Source: Gordius albopunctatus (taxonomy: Eukaryota). From it: a stretch of 64,000 nt of DNA. Below are positions 27,629 to 42,460 of this stretch, one piece after another. Each line of letters begins with the position of its first letter. Positions within the stretch are counted from its first letter, which is position 1. Location of the stretch: contig OZ193910.1 of assembly GCA_964276515.1 (NCBI GenBank), forward strand, positions 5,146,001-5,210,000. The letters run 5' to 3'. A program made the translations under genes and the position numbers. Under the pieces are notes generated by a model. It did not search any database, was not told the DNA's origin, and was given only the letters and a program-made list of their open reading frames with translations.

Positions 27629-29614
27629 CTTAAAAAAACCTTTTGAAATATTTACATATCTTATTTCTAAAGTTGTAACAGCTACTATAATCTATTTAAA
27701 TACTAGAATAAGATTTGCAATTTAGGGCAGTTATATTATAATAGACAAGGAAAAAAGCTAAAGTTTGGAAGCTATGTAATGTACGCTGTGCAAAAAATAA
27801 TTATTTAATATCGAATTTTATTTAAATCCTATTTTATAAGAGATTAATTTGTTTTAGTTCAATTCGGGCTCGGGTCGGGCCGCGCCCGAGGCCCGATTAT
27901 ATTATAAAATTTTGCCCAAGCCCGGCCCGAAACCTGATAGGGCCGGTTTGGGCCGTGTCGGGCTTCGGGCGGCCCGTGCAGGGCTCTAATTATTACTACA
28001 CGTGATCCCATTGGCGTAGCCAATTTATTAGAAGGCGCAGTTTAGTTAGGGAAAAATGTTTTTTAGATCAAGAATTTTTGGATTTGGAGGGGGGGGGGCA
28101 GCTGTCCAACCTTGCCGCACGATTTATACCGTCTCACAATATTGAGTGAATCAATTTAATATTATATAAGATTATATATATTACTCATTAACAAATTTTA
28201 ATAATTACTTTTTCATCCGGTTTCTTGATAAAATATCACAGCTTCATCTTTTTATATCAGTAACTTAAAAGATTTAAAATGGTTGAAAAGCAATATTAAT
28301 AACATTATAGCCTTTAATAAGGGTTTTAAAAATTATTTGGCTTAGTTATGTATCCCGACTACAAGTGCCACTTGTAAAAGAAATTTTTGTCCTGTAGGAC
28401 GCCTTTTAAAAGATAGAAGATCTAGTCTGACCGGGAATTATTAATTTATTATTCTTACAACATTTTTATTAACATTTTTAACACATACATATTGTTTACC
28501 ATATCGATAAAAAAATTAGCAAAAAAAATAAAATTTTACGGGCCCGGCCCGGACTTTCTATAAAGCGGGCCGGGTTCATGCTTATAATTTAATTTTGACG
28601 GGCAGGCCCGTTGCAGGTCTCTATATTAAAGAGCCGTCCTTTAGATATTCTTCAGAAAGATGCTAAAAAACTTGTTTATAATGCTACCTTGCATAAAAAT
28701 ATTTGAAGGCATGCTTTTCCTTTGACGGCAAATAGTTCATAAGCAATACAAAAACATTATTTTTAGTTCAATCAAAGTCTATGCAAGTTAAAAATATTAC
28801 CATTAGTAATTGCTAGCTGTTTAAATAAAAATATTACCATGAGTAATTGCTAGCTGTTTAAATAAAAATATTAAGACGGGAAATATTGTTGAGAAACATT
28901 TTTGAAATGGACCTCGTCTCTCTTGAGAATTTACCCAGAATTGGTTTTAATTTAATCATTGAAAATTTATAATTGATAAATGTTTATAAAACAAAAACTT
29001 TAATAATAAAATCTTTTTTACCTTTAATCATTATAGTTATTCATGTGCGTAGCCAGCATTAGGATTAGAGGGGGGCAATAATGATTTAGGGAGGGGTAAA
29101 AACTTTGTTATAAGTCATACATATATTAATGACATATGTATATAATTAAGACTTTGAAGGTCTTTCATTAATAATTACTAGAAAATAGTTTTTGGAAATA
29201 AAATCCTTCGTACTAGAATATTTAAAAATTATATATATTCAATAGGTACAATGAGTTTTTGATAAAAATTCCTTAATAATTTCTTCAATATAATGCTGTA
29301 ATTAGAAAAAGTATTAACATTTAAATCATTTAATTTTGCAACCAAAATCCGCCTGTGGTTGCTATATCTTCAAAAAGTTCTTTTCAGGTTTTTAGAATAT
29401 GCCAACCAGGTCTATTTTTGAACGGGAAAGCTTGTTAGATGAGATCAAAGACTTTTATAAAAGACATTTTTGGGTGAATACCTTATTAAACTGGTATTTT
29501 TTCCATAAACATTTAAGTTTTGTGTTGATTATTTTATTAAAAAGTGATAATTATTATATAACCCCTTTTCGATAACTACTCTAATTTTTCTAAAATAACA
29601 TGGTCTACTACCAT

Positions 29615-30597
29615 TAGAGACCTGCACGGGCGTCCCGAGGCCCGGTCCGGAAAAGAGACGGGCTCGGGCCTTAAAATTTGAGGCTTTAAAATTCCGGGCT
29701 GGGCCGAGCCTAATTTATAAATTATAGGCCCGTCCCGGAATAATTTAGAAGAGCTTAAGTAGTCTTTTTTTCTGTTTAAAACTATCTAAAAAATTTCAAA
29801 AAATTAATTACAAGTTATTGAATGTTAAACACTCATATATTCAGTTCGCAATTATTTTAATATACAAACAATTATGAAACAAAAAAAATCTACTGCCTAT
29901 AGCTGTAAATATTTAGAAAAATTTTATAAAGTAAAAAAAATCTCAGAGAAAAGAGTCAAGTATGGAAAATATTATAAGAAAATAGATATTATTTTTTGTA
30001 CGATCTGCAAGAATGTGTTATCCTATAATTCCTAGTTTTGATAATGCTTAACACGGAGCACTCGTCCCCAAAGGCATAAATACTCTAAAAAATTCCAGAA
30101 AAAGAAAAATTGGATAATTACCTATGCAAGCCACTTTCAACAAAAGTTACAAGCCCTGCAAAAATCAAAAAAGATCTAATATCCTCAATAGCCCATTTTT
30201 GTGGAATGGATAGGGCATGAAACATCTTCTATGTAGAAAGATGTAGAGGAAAATGAAGTTGACACATACACAAAGTTGAAGATCAACGAAAATTAGAAAT
30301 ATCGGATTGGTAGAAAGACCACAGTAGTCGTTTCCAGCGCTTAGACCTCTTGTTTGAAGATTTTTTCGACACCTACCTTGAGGCCTGTGATTTTATGCAT
30401 AAAAATAGTTTTATTATCGATTATAATTTTTTTATGTGCGTTTTATTATTTAATAAAAAAAATTACGAAAATTAAGTTTGATTAAGTTTCTGCAATTACT
30501 AAAATTCCGGGCCGGACCCGGGCCGGGCCTGATTTTTTCCCCATTTTAAATTCCGTGTTCGCGACGAGTATAAAAAAATCGATTTTGCCGGTCTCTA
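29615..30597 (+). mobile_element. Non-autonomous hAT element (arm-B copy of 17516-18577)
   Basis: Same TIRs and ACTACCAT TSD; ~80-bp internal deletion relative to arm A. Confidence 0.88.
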
Positions 30598-32064
30598 ACT
30601 ACCATTGATATTGCCCTTGTTGGCTCTTGATAAATCTGATGAATAGTTTTTTATTTATAATATTTTAGGTTCGTTTTTTTATACATTTTATGGACCAGTA
30701 AGATAGCCCTTCTTTTTTAGTTACTAAGTTAAGATATTTAAAGAAATAAGTTAATATTGATAGGCCAAGCAAAAGCAAGCAGAAAATCTTTTAAAATGAT
30801 GGAAATTATACTTGTACGGAGGCATGGGTCTTCATTTTAACCTATTCTAATTTTTATTATAGGAAATAATTATTTAATGATTAAAAAAAATTTTAAATAA
30901 TTTTAGTTGTCTTAATATTTAAAACGCAAAATGATCAAAGCTTCGAGCCGAACGAAGAATAAAAATTGATTTTGGTCTCTGGCCTGGGTCAAAAAAATTA
31001 AATCTAAACAACGGTCATGAGATTTCGTTCTACCTCGTCTATTGAAGGCAAGCGATGTGCACCTTTATTCTTTTTAGCATTTGTGCGACTTCCTTCAACC
31101 CGACCGACCCGAAAGCGTTTAAGAATTTTCAACCCGAACCCGAACCGACCCAAAAACATTTTATTTTGTTTTTTAGGATATAGTTATATGAGTCCAGCTT
31201 ACTCAATAACATTAAAATGTTCGATTTTGTATGTCTACATTCTTTAAAATCAGGGGACATGTAGCTAATAATTTTGGATCGGATTGTATTGCAAATATTC
31301 TTCCTGGACAATAATTATTGACCTGTGACTAAAGAAGTATGCTTTTTCCCTTCGTTCTCCCTATTTTCATAAAACAAAGTCTTTCAACAATTCAGAATCA
31401 ATTACCCTTATGGCGTCTAACACTCAATTATCTCTTCTTAAAGCTTAATATCTTTAATTTAGGCACTAGATATTAAATTACGCCAATATTCTCTTAATTT
31501 AATGAAGAAATTGATTTTTAAAAATTATTTATTGTAGAAATAAGTCTTATATTTACGACTTACAACGATGCTTTTATGAGACTATGAAATTTGTCCGGAT
31601 TACTATACTCAACACCCTACCTAAACTTGCAATAGCTTTTCACTAATTTAGCCTTTATGAACCTAACAGGTACCACTAACGGTTTGGCCGAAACAAATTC
31701 TATAAAAGAATTCAGGGCTTTTTCCATATTCTCTGGATAAATAAGACATAAATATAAGCAAATTTTATTTTTTTATAAATGACTAAGATATTAGTTATTT
31801 TTAGGGTAACGATGACTACCGTTGAATGTGAGATCGGACATTGAAGTATGATGAGCACAAAAATTCTGGTTGAGTTACTGCATACAACGCATCACCGTTG
31901 AGCATCTTTTTCCGTTGATGACTGCTAATAGTGTCTCTGACATTAAATCTTGGATTTAAGCTCTTTTAGGAAGTCGCTCATTTTTTTTGGAAAAAATTGC
32001 AAACAATTTCCTTTTTCAAGCTGCAGAATAATGATTTATTCGTTAAGACAATAGAGCTGCCGGG

Positions 32065-32215
32065 TAGTGATGATCAAAACCTAGGTTTTGATCAGGCAAC
32101 CTGAAGGTTAAGGTTCGGGTGTTCAAAAACCTGGTAAGGTTTTAGAACGCCCGAACCTAAAACCGACCTGAGGTTGGACCTCGGGAAAACTTGACCTAGG
32201 TTTTGATCATCACTA
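32065..32215. mobile_element. 151-bp hAT-type MITE (arm-B copy)
   Basis: Same TIR and CTGCCGGG TSD as 20031-20181. Confidence 0.88.
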
Positions 32216-32910
32216 CTGCCGGGCATTTGACATTGTAATTTTATTGAGAATTTATTAAGTTTTTAATATGCCTCTTATATTATATAATTTTAAATTTATA
32301 TATGCTTAGTCTGTCACAATTTATTCTTTATTTGCTTAAGTTCACACACAATAATTTTTAAGTCGATTACAAGAGGAACAATTAATAGTTAAAATAACTA
32401 TATTATTTTAAAGCTAGAATCTAATTTTATATTGCCGCACACCTTCCATTTCCTAGCCTTTATGATAGAAACTATAACAACAATGATGATTACAGCTAAC
32501 TCATTAATAAAGATGCTCTATTTTAAACATCTTTACAGTGTGAATTCGATTAATAAAAAGAATAAAACGGTCCCTATTAATATCTCGATAGAGGAGGAAA
32601 AACACGTTTGTTATATATATTTGGTGCCTTTATCGATTAATTTCGCACCATATTGTTTTTATTTAAACAGCTAGCAATTACTTGCATACACCCCAATGAT
32701 AAGTTAACTGAAAGTGATGCTATTTTTAAAAATACCATATCCACTGCACTGCCGACTATACTGTATATTTAAATTACTTGCCGTCAAGGGCAAAACATAC
32801 CTCCAATTTTTTAAGCAAGGTAGAGGGCCAGTTTTGTTGAGTCACTACATGGAATATAAGAAGAACAAATTGACAATATTGATCATAATTTTCGCACTAG
32901 AGAGTTTAAG

Positions 32911-33889
32911 ATGATAGCTCATATAATTTATTTTGCCTTTTTGATTTTCTGCGCTACAAGTGTATTTATAAAAACTTCCCTACCAGGTATAATTATTTTT
33001 GCGGTGAGAACTATAAATTATTATTGTTTAGACCAATCATCTTTGAAACGAAATACAAACTCAGAAAAACAAAATGGGGAAGAATCAATAGTCCAAACTG
33101 CTCCGCAATATCTCAACACATCGTTAATGGAGTCGAAGCGGCTCCTATGGCTTGGCCATGGCAGGTTAACGAAAATTTAAATCACGTCAATAAATTATTA
33201 ATGATTTTATAAACAAATATTAGTAAATTATAAAGTCTTTAGTAATTTTTTGTTATATTAATAAAAAAAATTTCACAGTCTCATCTCGAAGTGTTTGATT
33301 TTTAAAGGAAAAATAGATTATAATCATTTATCCATATATGAATATATAATAGGTTCTAAAATATATAAAAATAAAATAAGGCAATTATCAACAACTTACA
33401 TATTTTTAGATGCTATTAAGCAGATATAGACTGCAACATTGCGGAGCAACATTAATTCATCCAAAATTTGCCATTACTGCAGCCCATTGCACGAACGCTG
33501 AGTTAAAAAATTTACATATAAATATATTTACTACCATTTTATTACTCATCACAAATTCAAAACAATTTATTATTGCTTATGGCCAAATAGTAAATTTTTG
33601 GCGGTTTTATTTAGGCGAAATGCTCAACAATACACTATTTATGGAGGCTTTAATAGTTTTGAGACTTTCATGCAGAATAATGGAAATTTTTGGTGGGGAT
33701 CAGCTATAGTAAACATTTTTCAACACCCACAATACGATAGCACATCAATGGACAATGATATCAGCATCCTAGAATTTGCAACAGAAGCTCCAATATCCCA
33801 ACAACTTTTCCCTGCTTGCCTTCCAACGGCTAACGACGAGCTGAAAAATGGCCAAGCTTGTTACGTTACTGGCTGGGGAGAAACCTATG
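32911..33889 (+). pseudogene. Trypsin-like serine protease, 3'-truncated, copy B; exons ~32911-32986, 33032-33164, 33410-33501, 33615-33889
   Basis: Same translations as copy A except GQACY vs GQACH (33862 T vs 21828 C); no catalytic-Ser exon found. Confidence 0.75.
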
Positions 33890-36343
33890 GTAATTCTAGA
33901 AAGTCATGTTGGGTTTTTGGCATCGGTATTGAGATTAATCTTTAATTTAAATAGGTTTAGCAATTAAATTTGGATATAAAATACATATTTTGGGGAGATG
34001 AGATAAATGAATAAAAAAAACCAAGAATTATAAATACTGAGAAAAGATTCCGCTATGGCTAATGAATTATATTTACCGATAATTATGCCTATTTTCTGTC
34101 TTATAAAGAACGATTCGCGATTATCATGGGATAGTTCAGAGATTTGTTCCCCTATTTTCAAATGATTTGTAAGGCTTTGGGGCCAAAGGTTGTTAGGGTG
34201 GTTGTCGCAATGGGACAAAATATTATAGTATTGTCTAATTTAAGAGTATTTTGAAATTTTAGCAATAAAATTATGTAATTTAAATGTAGTGTAAATGTAT
34301 TAAGGCCTAATTTTGTGCACTATTTAATAAATATTCCCCCTTCTTCGTTGGCTAATTTTTTATAAACACAATTATTTAACATTTATGTTAAAAGAGGAAT
34401 CTATAAGTTATTTATAAAATATTATAAAAATGTGGAGGCTATGAACCTTCAAAGAATTAAAGTTTTTTATTGGCATTGAGATTATTTGCTAATGTAAATC
34501 ACAGTTTTATCATGTGTTCGTATTCTAAAATATTTTTAAACGGCACTTATATTTTAGTTATAATTTAGGTTGTTTTGGATATTGACTTATACGCTCGATC
34601 TGCCAAATAAATTACCTTAAAATGTATTAGTTGTTTTATTGTCAATTAAATTTTAAGTTAATTAAGCGTAAATATATGTGCAACATGCTATGTTAATTTT
34701 ATCATATTACACAATTAATAAACAAAAGGTTTAATACCTGTGAATCATTCGTAATTTATTAATAATTGTTTAATTAAAACGTTTATTTGTACAAAGACGA
34801 ATATAATGCTTTAAATATACGTCTATGTTTAGGTAGAAATAAGAGACCTGTGTAACATAAAGACCATACTACCAAATATGCCTATGGTAATTATTAAAAT
34901 TAAGGGGTATCACACGGCTTTCGTGGTTGATAGTATATATAAAGTTGTTTGAGATACTAAATACCACTAAACAAATACTCATTAATGTTAGGATATCGGG
35001 ATTGGAATTTATTAGGAATTTATCGAAAAACATTTTATTAATACCGCTGATGAGAGACTTTACAAGAGGTTGGCAAAACTCTAAATCTGATAATTCATTT
35101 TTGAAATGAGTTTAAAAATGGTAGGACTTAGGAAACCCATGTCCATATGAAGCTCCCCTTCAAGAATTTTCAGAGCTTTAAATCCATAATAAAACTATTT
35201 TTTATTATATATCTGTAAAATGAATATTAATATGACTTACAAAATTTTTCAAAAAATTTTCAATATAAAAAGGAAAAACTGATGTTTAATGTTTAAAATT
35301 ATTAAATTAAAATTTTGTTTGTGTTGTTCATCATATATGCTGCATTTAGATTTAGGTAATGAACTTTTAATTTAAGAAAATATAGTGATCTTATATTAAA
35401 TATTAATAGAGTGTAAGATACAAGAAAGGATTATGTACAAGAATTTTAATATATTGCAATTAAATAGGCGCGTGTGCACACTTTTTGTTAGCAATTAAAA
35501 TATAACAAATTGTTTATTAAAAATAAAAATTAGGAAATCTATAATATTTAATGCCACATTTTTATAATATTTTATAAATAACTTATAGATTCCTCTTTTA
35601 ACATAAATGTTAAATAATTGTGTTTATAAAAAATTAGCCAACGAAGAAGGGGGAATATTTATTAAATAGTGCACAAAATTAGGCCTTAATACATTTACAC
35701 TACATTTAAATTACATAATTTTATTGCTAAAATTTCAAAATACTCTTAAATTAGACAATACTATAATATTTTGTCCCATTGCGACAACCACCCTAACAAC
35801 CTTTGGCCCCAAAGCCTTACAAATCATTTAAAAATAGGGGAACAAATCTCTGAACTATCCCATGATAATCGCGAATCGTTCTTTATAAGACAGAAAATAG
35901 GCATAATTATCGGTAAATATAATTCATTAGCCATAGCGGAATCTTTTCTCAGTATTTAGAATTCTTAGTTCTTTTTATTCATTTATCTCATCTCCCCAAA
36001 ATATGTATTTTATATCCAAATTTAATTGCTAAACCTATTTAAATTAAAGATTAATCTCAATACCGATGCCAAAAACCCAACATGACTTTCTAGAATTACC
36101 ATAGGTTTCTCCCCAGCCAGTAACGTGACAAGCTTGGCCATTTTTCAGCTCGTCGTTAGCCGTTGGAAGGCAAGCAGGGAAAAGTTGTTGGGATATTGGA
36201 GCTTCTGTTGCAAATTCTAGGATGCTGATATCATTGTCCATTGATGTGCTATCGTATTGTGGGTGTTGAAAAATGTTTACTATAGCTGATCCCCACCAAA
36301 AATTTCCATTATTCTGCATGAAAGTCTCAAAACTATTAAAGCC
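33889..36343 (-). repeat. Reverse-complement duplicate of 21612-24066 (includes a partial protease exon on the minus strand, ~36100-36343)
   Basis: Paired coordinates sum to 57955 at both ends and for three ORF pairs in the track. Confidence 0.95.
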
Positions 36344-36543
36344 NNNNNNNNNNNNNNNNNNNNNNNNNNNNNNNNNNNNNNNNNNNNNNNNNNNNNNNNN
36401 NNNNNNNNNNNNNNNNNNNNNNNNNNNNNNNNNNNNNNNNNNNNNNNNNNNNNNNNNNNNNNNNNNNNNNNNNNNNNNNNNNNNNNNNNNNNNNNNNNNN
36501 NNNNNNNNNNNNNNNNNNNNNNNNNNNNNNNNNNNNNNNNNNN
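36344..36543. other. Assembly gap (200 N)
   Basis: Run of N. Confidence 1.
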
Positions 36544-39500
36544 CATACATACATACATACATACATACATACATACATACATACATACATACATACATAC
36601 ATACATACATACATACATACATACATACATACATACATACATACATACATACATACATACATACATACATACATACATACATACATACATACATACATAC
36701 ATACATACATACATACATACATACATACATACATACATACATACATACATACATACATACATACATACATACATACATACATACATACATACATACATAC
36801 ATACATACATACATACATACATACATACATACATACATACATACATACATACATACATACATACATACATACATACATACATACATACATACATACATAC
36901 ATACATACATACATACATACATACATACATACATACATACATACATACATACATACATACATACATACATACATACATACATACATACATACATACATAC
37001 ATACATACATACATACATACATACATACATACATACATACATACATACATACATACATACATACATACATACATACATACATACATACATACATACATAC
37101 ATACATACATACATACATACATACATACATACATACATACATACATACATACATACATACATACATACATACATACATACATACATACATACATACATAC
37201 ATACATACATACATACATACATACATACATACATACATACATACATACATACATACATACATACATACATACATACATACATACATACATACATACATAC
37301 ATACATACATACATACATACATACATACATACATACATACATACATACATACATACATACATACATACATACATACATACATACATACATACATACATAC
37401 ATACATACATACATACATACATACATACATACATACATACATACATACATACATACATACATACATACATACATACATACATACATACATACATACATAC
37501 ATACATACATACATACATACATACATACATACATACATACATACATACATACATACATACATACATACATACATACATACATACATACATACATACATAC
37601 ATACATACATACATACATACATACATACATACATACATACATACATACATACATACATACATACATACATACATACATACATACATACATACATACATAC
37701 ATACATACATACATACATACATACATACATACATACATACATACATACATACATACATACATACATACATACATACATACATACATACATACATACATAC
37801 ATACATACATACATACATACATACATACATACATACATACATACATACATACATACATACATACATACATACATACATACATACATACATACATACATAC
37901 ATACATACATACATACATACATACATACATACATACATACATACATACATACATACATACATACATACATACATACATACATACATACATACATACATAC
38001 ATACATACATACATACATACATACATACATACATACATACATACATACATACATACATACATACATACATACATACATACATACATACATACATACATAC
38101 ATACATACATACATACATACATACATACATACATACATACATACATACATACATACATACATACATACATACATACATACATACATACATACATACATAC
38201 ATACATACATACATACATACATACATACATACATACATACATACATACATACATACATACATACATACATACATACATACATACATACATACATACATAC
38301 ATACATACATACATACATACATACATACATACATACATACATACATACATACATACATACATACATACATACATACATACATACATACATACATACATAC
38401 ATACATACATACATACATACATACATACATACATACATACATACATACATACATACATACATACATACATACATACATACATACATACATACATACATAC
38501 ATACATACATACATACATACATACATACATACATACATACATACATACATACATACATACATACATACATACATACATACATACATACATACATACATAC
38601 ATACATACATACATACATACATACATACATACATACATACATACATACATACATACATACATACATACATACATACATACATACATACATACATACATAC
38701 ATACATACATACATACATACATACATACATACATACATACATACATACATACATACATACATACATACATACATACATACATACATACATACATACATAC
38801 ATACATACATACATACATACATACATACATACATACATACATACATACATACATACATACATACATACATACATACATACATACATACATACATACATAC
38901 ATACATACATACATACATACATACATACATACATACATACATACATACATACATACATACATACATACATACATACATACATACATACATACATACATAC
39001 ATACATACATACATACATACATACATACATACATACATACATACATACATACATACATACATACATACATACATACATACATACATACATACATACATAC
39101 ATACATACATACATACATACATACATACATACATACATACATACATACATACATACATACATACATACATACATACATACATACATACATACATACATAC
39201 ATACATACATACATACATACATACATACATACATACATACATACATACATACATACATACATACATACATACATACATACATACATACATACATACATAC
39301 ATACATACATACATACATACATACATACATACATACATACATACATACATACATACATACATACATACATACATACATACATACATACATACATACATAC
39401 ATACATACATACATACATACATACATACATACATACATACATACATACATACATACATACATACATACATACATACATACATACATACATACATACATAC

Positions 39501-40494
39501 ATACATACATACATACATACATACATACATACATACATACATACATACATACATACATACATACATACATACATACATACATACATACATACATACATAC
39601 ATACATACATACATACATACATACATACATACATACATACATACATACATACATACATACATACATACATACATACATACATACATACATACATACATAC
39701 ATACATACATACATACATACATACATACATACATACATACATACATACATACATACATACATACATACATACATACATACATACATACATACATACATAC
39801 ATACATACATACATACATACATACATACATACATACATACATACATACATACATACATACATACATACATACATACATACATACATACATACATACATAC
39901 ATACATACATACATACATACATACATACATACATACATACATACATACATACATACATACATACATACATACATACATACATACATACATACATACATAC
40001 ATACATACATACATACATACATACATACATACATACATACATACATACATACATACATACATACATACATACATACATACATACATACATACATACATAC
40101 ATACATACATACATACATACATACATACATACATACATACATACATACATACATACATACATACATACATACATACATACATACATACATACATACATAC
40201 ATACATACATACATACATACATACATACATACATACATACATACATACATACATACATACATACATACATACATACATACATACATACATACATACATAC
40301 ATACATACATACATACATACATACATACATACATACATACATACATACATACATACATACATACATACATACATACATACATACATACATACATACATAC
40401 ATACATACATACATACATACATACATACATACATACATACATACATACATACATACATACATACATACATACATACATACATACATACATACAT
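36544..40494 (+). repeat. (CATA)n microsatellite, >=3.95 kb, ~990 units (reverse complement of TATG)
   Basis: Uninterrupted array from the gap edge to 40494. Confidence 0.99.
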
Positions 40495-41480
40495 GAGCGC
40501 CATCCGATTGACCTCAACTCAGACTCTGACCCCTAACAATGAGAGGTTTTTGCTTTGTAACGATGGAAACGATTTGCTCGTTTTTGGGACGCCATCGCTT
40601 TTGAGGGTGTTGTGTCAGGTTTCATCTATTTACATGGATGTAACCTTTAAAGTATGTCCGGCCTTGTTTTATCAAGTAAACAATACCCTTAATGCCTATA
40701 TATATAATATTATAGCAGTACACTATACATGCATACTATAAGGAGCACATGATCCCTATAGTATATGTATTTATGCCAAACCGAAAAAATTCCACGTATT
40801 GCAGAGTGTTCGAAAAATTGAAGGAAATATGTTTGGAATTCAATTTGCAATTGAACCCAACGTACATCCAGATAGATTTTGAACGCTCTGCAAAGTCAGC
40901 CCTGCAGAGCTGCTTCCCAAACTCTGAGATTAAAGGTAATAAATATTTTATTCTTTTTATTTTATTGTCTTTACTTCATTATTAAGGTTGCCTGTTTCAC
41001 TTTGCGAAAGCTCTGTTGAAACGGGTGGACAAGCTCAAGTTCCGCCGAGATTACAATGGAAATCCATTAGTACTAAAGATGGTTAAGAGTATGACAGGCT
41101 TGGCTTTTCTGAAACGGGAAGACGCTCTCAATATTTATGATGCTTGTTGGGAAGACCCTATTGTCTCCCAACATTCAAAATTACATTCATTTTTAACATA
41201 TGTATATACTACTTGGGTGGGCCCCTCTGCCATATTCCCTTATGAAATGTGGCAGAGATCCGAGGCTGTTGGTCCCCGGACCAACAATCAGCTTGAAGGG
41301 TACCATAATGGCCTTAAGTCCTTTATTGGACAGGCCCATCCTGATATTTATAAATGTATATCTTTTTTTATTGAAAATAACACAAAATCCGAGATAAATA
41401 TTGTACAAATTGATCAAGGAAAAATTATTTATAATTTAAGCAAAAAAATCCGCGAAAAAACTTACAAATTACTACTTTAA
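40493..41480 (+). mobile_element. MULE (Mutator-like) DDE transposase, 5'-truncated, two short introns (40676-40715, 40936-40986)
   Basis: ERFLL..LLVFG..YMDVTFKVCP.LFYQ|.YTIHA..IPIVYVFMP.RK..TY..IQIDFE..FP..IKG|CLFHF (CxxH)..PRTNNQLEGYHN; GT-AG introns restore a single frame. Confidence 0.9.
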
Positions 41481-42128
41481 TCGCACTTTATAGAAATGCT
41501 TCGCGTGAATTTGATATATTTAATTATACTGATAATATCGCGAAACTTATTTTTTATGATTATGACGCGCGCAATTGGAATTTTGTTAATTCGCGTTCTT
41601 ATTATTTATCTAATGTTAATAATGATACATCAAATGAAAGAGAAACTAGTGACTTCACGGAAACTAGTGACTCCGAATAAATTATAAAATGTTTGTTGTC
41701 GACTGTGAAATTTAAATATAGAGTGTTGTCAATACGAGAATTTAATAATGTTGTCCTACATGATATGATTTTAGGACAACTGAAAATTTTTAAATTGTTA
41801 TTTTATAATGATTTATACAGAGAAAAAATTTGCAATTTCCGCCTCATTAAGTGAAAATTTGGCTTGGATTTAACACTGACTTTTAGCACAAATAAGCGAG
41901 TTTTTTATCGAAATATTCATACGTTTCTAAAACGTTTTTAAAGTGTTGACCAGATGTGATTATTTTATTACCGGTAAGATATTAAATTTTAAAAATGGCT
42001 CTAGAATTAAAAATTTCATAGTCCAGGTTGCAATGTTATAATTTTAACAAAGGTGCATTTTAAAATGTTTTTCTAAAAAATGTATTTTGAAATTTGCTGT
42101 GCCACGGGTGAAATTTTCGAAGCCATTT

Positions 42129-42460
42129 ATTTGCCGAAATTGCAGAATACTCGTAGACGAACAATCCAGGCATCCCTTACACTGCCTGGCAAACCAATTC
42201 AAATATGTTAGAAACAATAAGGCCAATGCCTTAATTCAAAGTGCTGTGAAGAGAGCAAAGATTCTAATCATCTGGGAGCTTTCGGACCCCTCCTTGTAGG
42301 GACGTATGCGTCCTGAAGGATCTTCTTTAGTCCCATGGAGCAATGATCATCACCTTAAATGGGACTTCACGTGTATTGACCTATTTGCCCCCTCTAACTA
42401 CATCAATCATTGCTTAGTTGTTGCAGAGAGGCGGAAAACAAATAAATACAAAGCCCTTGG
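42129..42460 (+). mobile_element. Degenerate C-terminal zinc-knuckle/restriction-like endonuclease of a CRE-like non-LTR retrotransposon
   Basis: CRNC..VD..RHPLHC..RNN..N.LI..A..RPEG.SLVPW...LKWDFTCID.FAPS..AERRK.NKYKAL, with an internal stop. Confidence 0.65.

Larger units (their letters stand above)
24823..34435. repeat. Duplicated segment, arm B (begins with Helitron 3' part 24823-25516)
   Basis: Colinear with 14430-22401; B-specific block 25695-27517; lacks ~15431-15604. Confidence 0.95.

Noticed and set aside
14430..36343. Four tandem protease genes in a head-to-tail segmental duplication
   Set aside because: The reverse-complement contig overlap explains the pattern with two copies in a palindrome
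36544..40494. (CATA)n as a telomere or chromosome-healing repeat
   Set aside because: The sister array at 11927-14344 is internal, with continuous Helitron sequence on both sides, and TATG is not a G-rich telomeric-type unit
36044..40517. 1400-1480 aa ORFs, one apparently fused to a protease exon
   Set aside because: Microsatellite read through an N gap; the fusion is artificial
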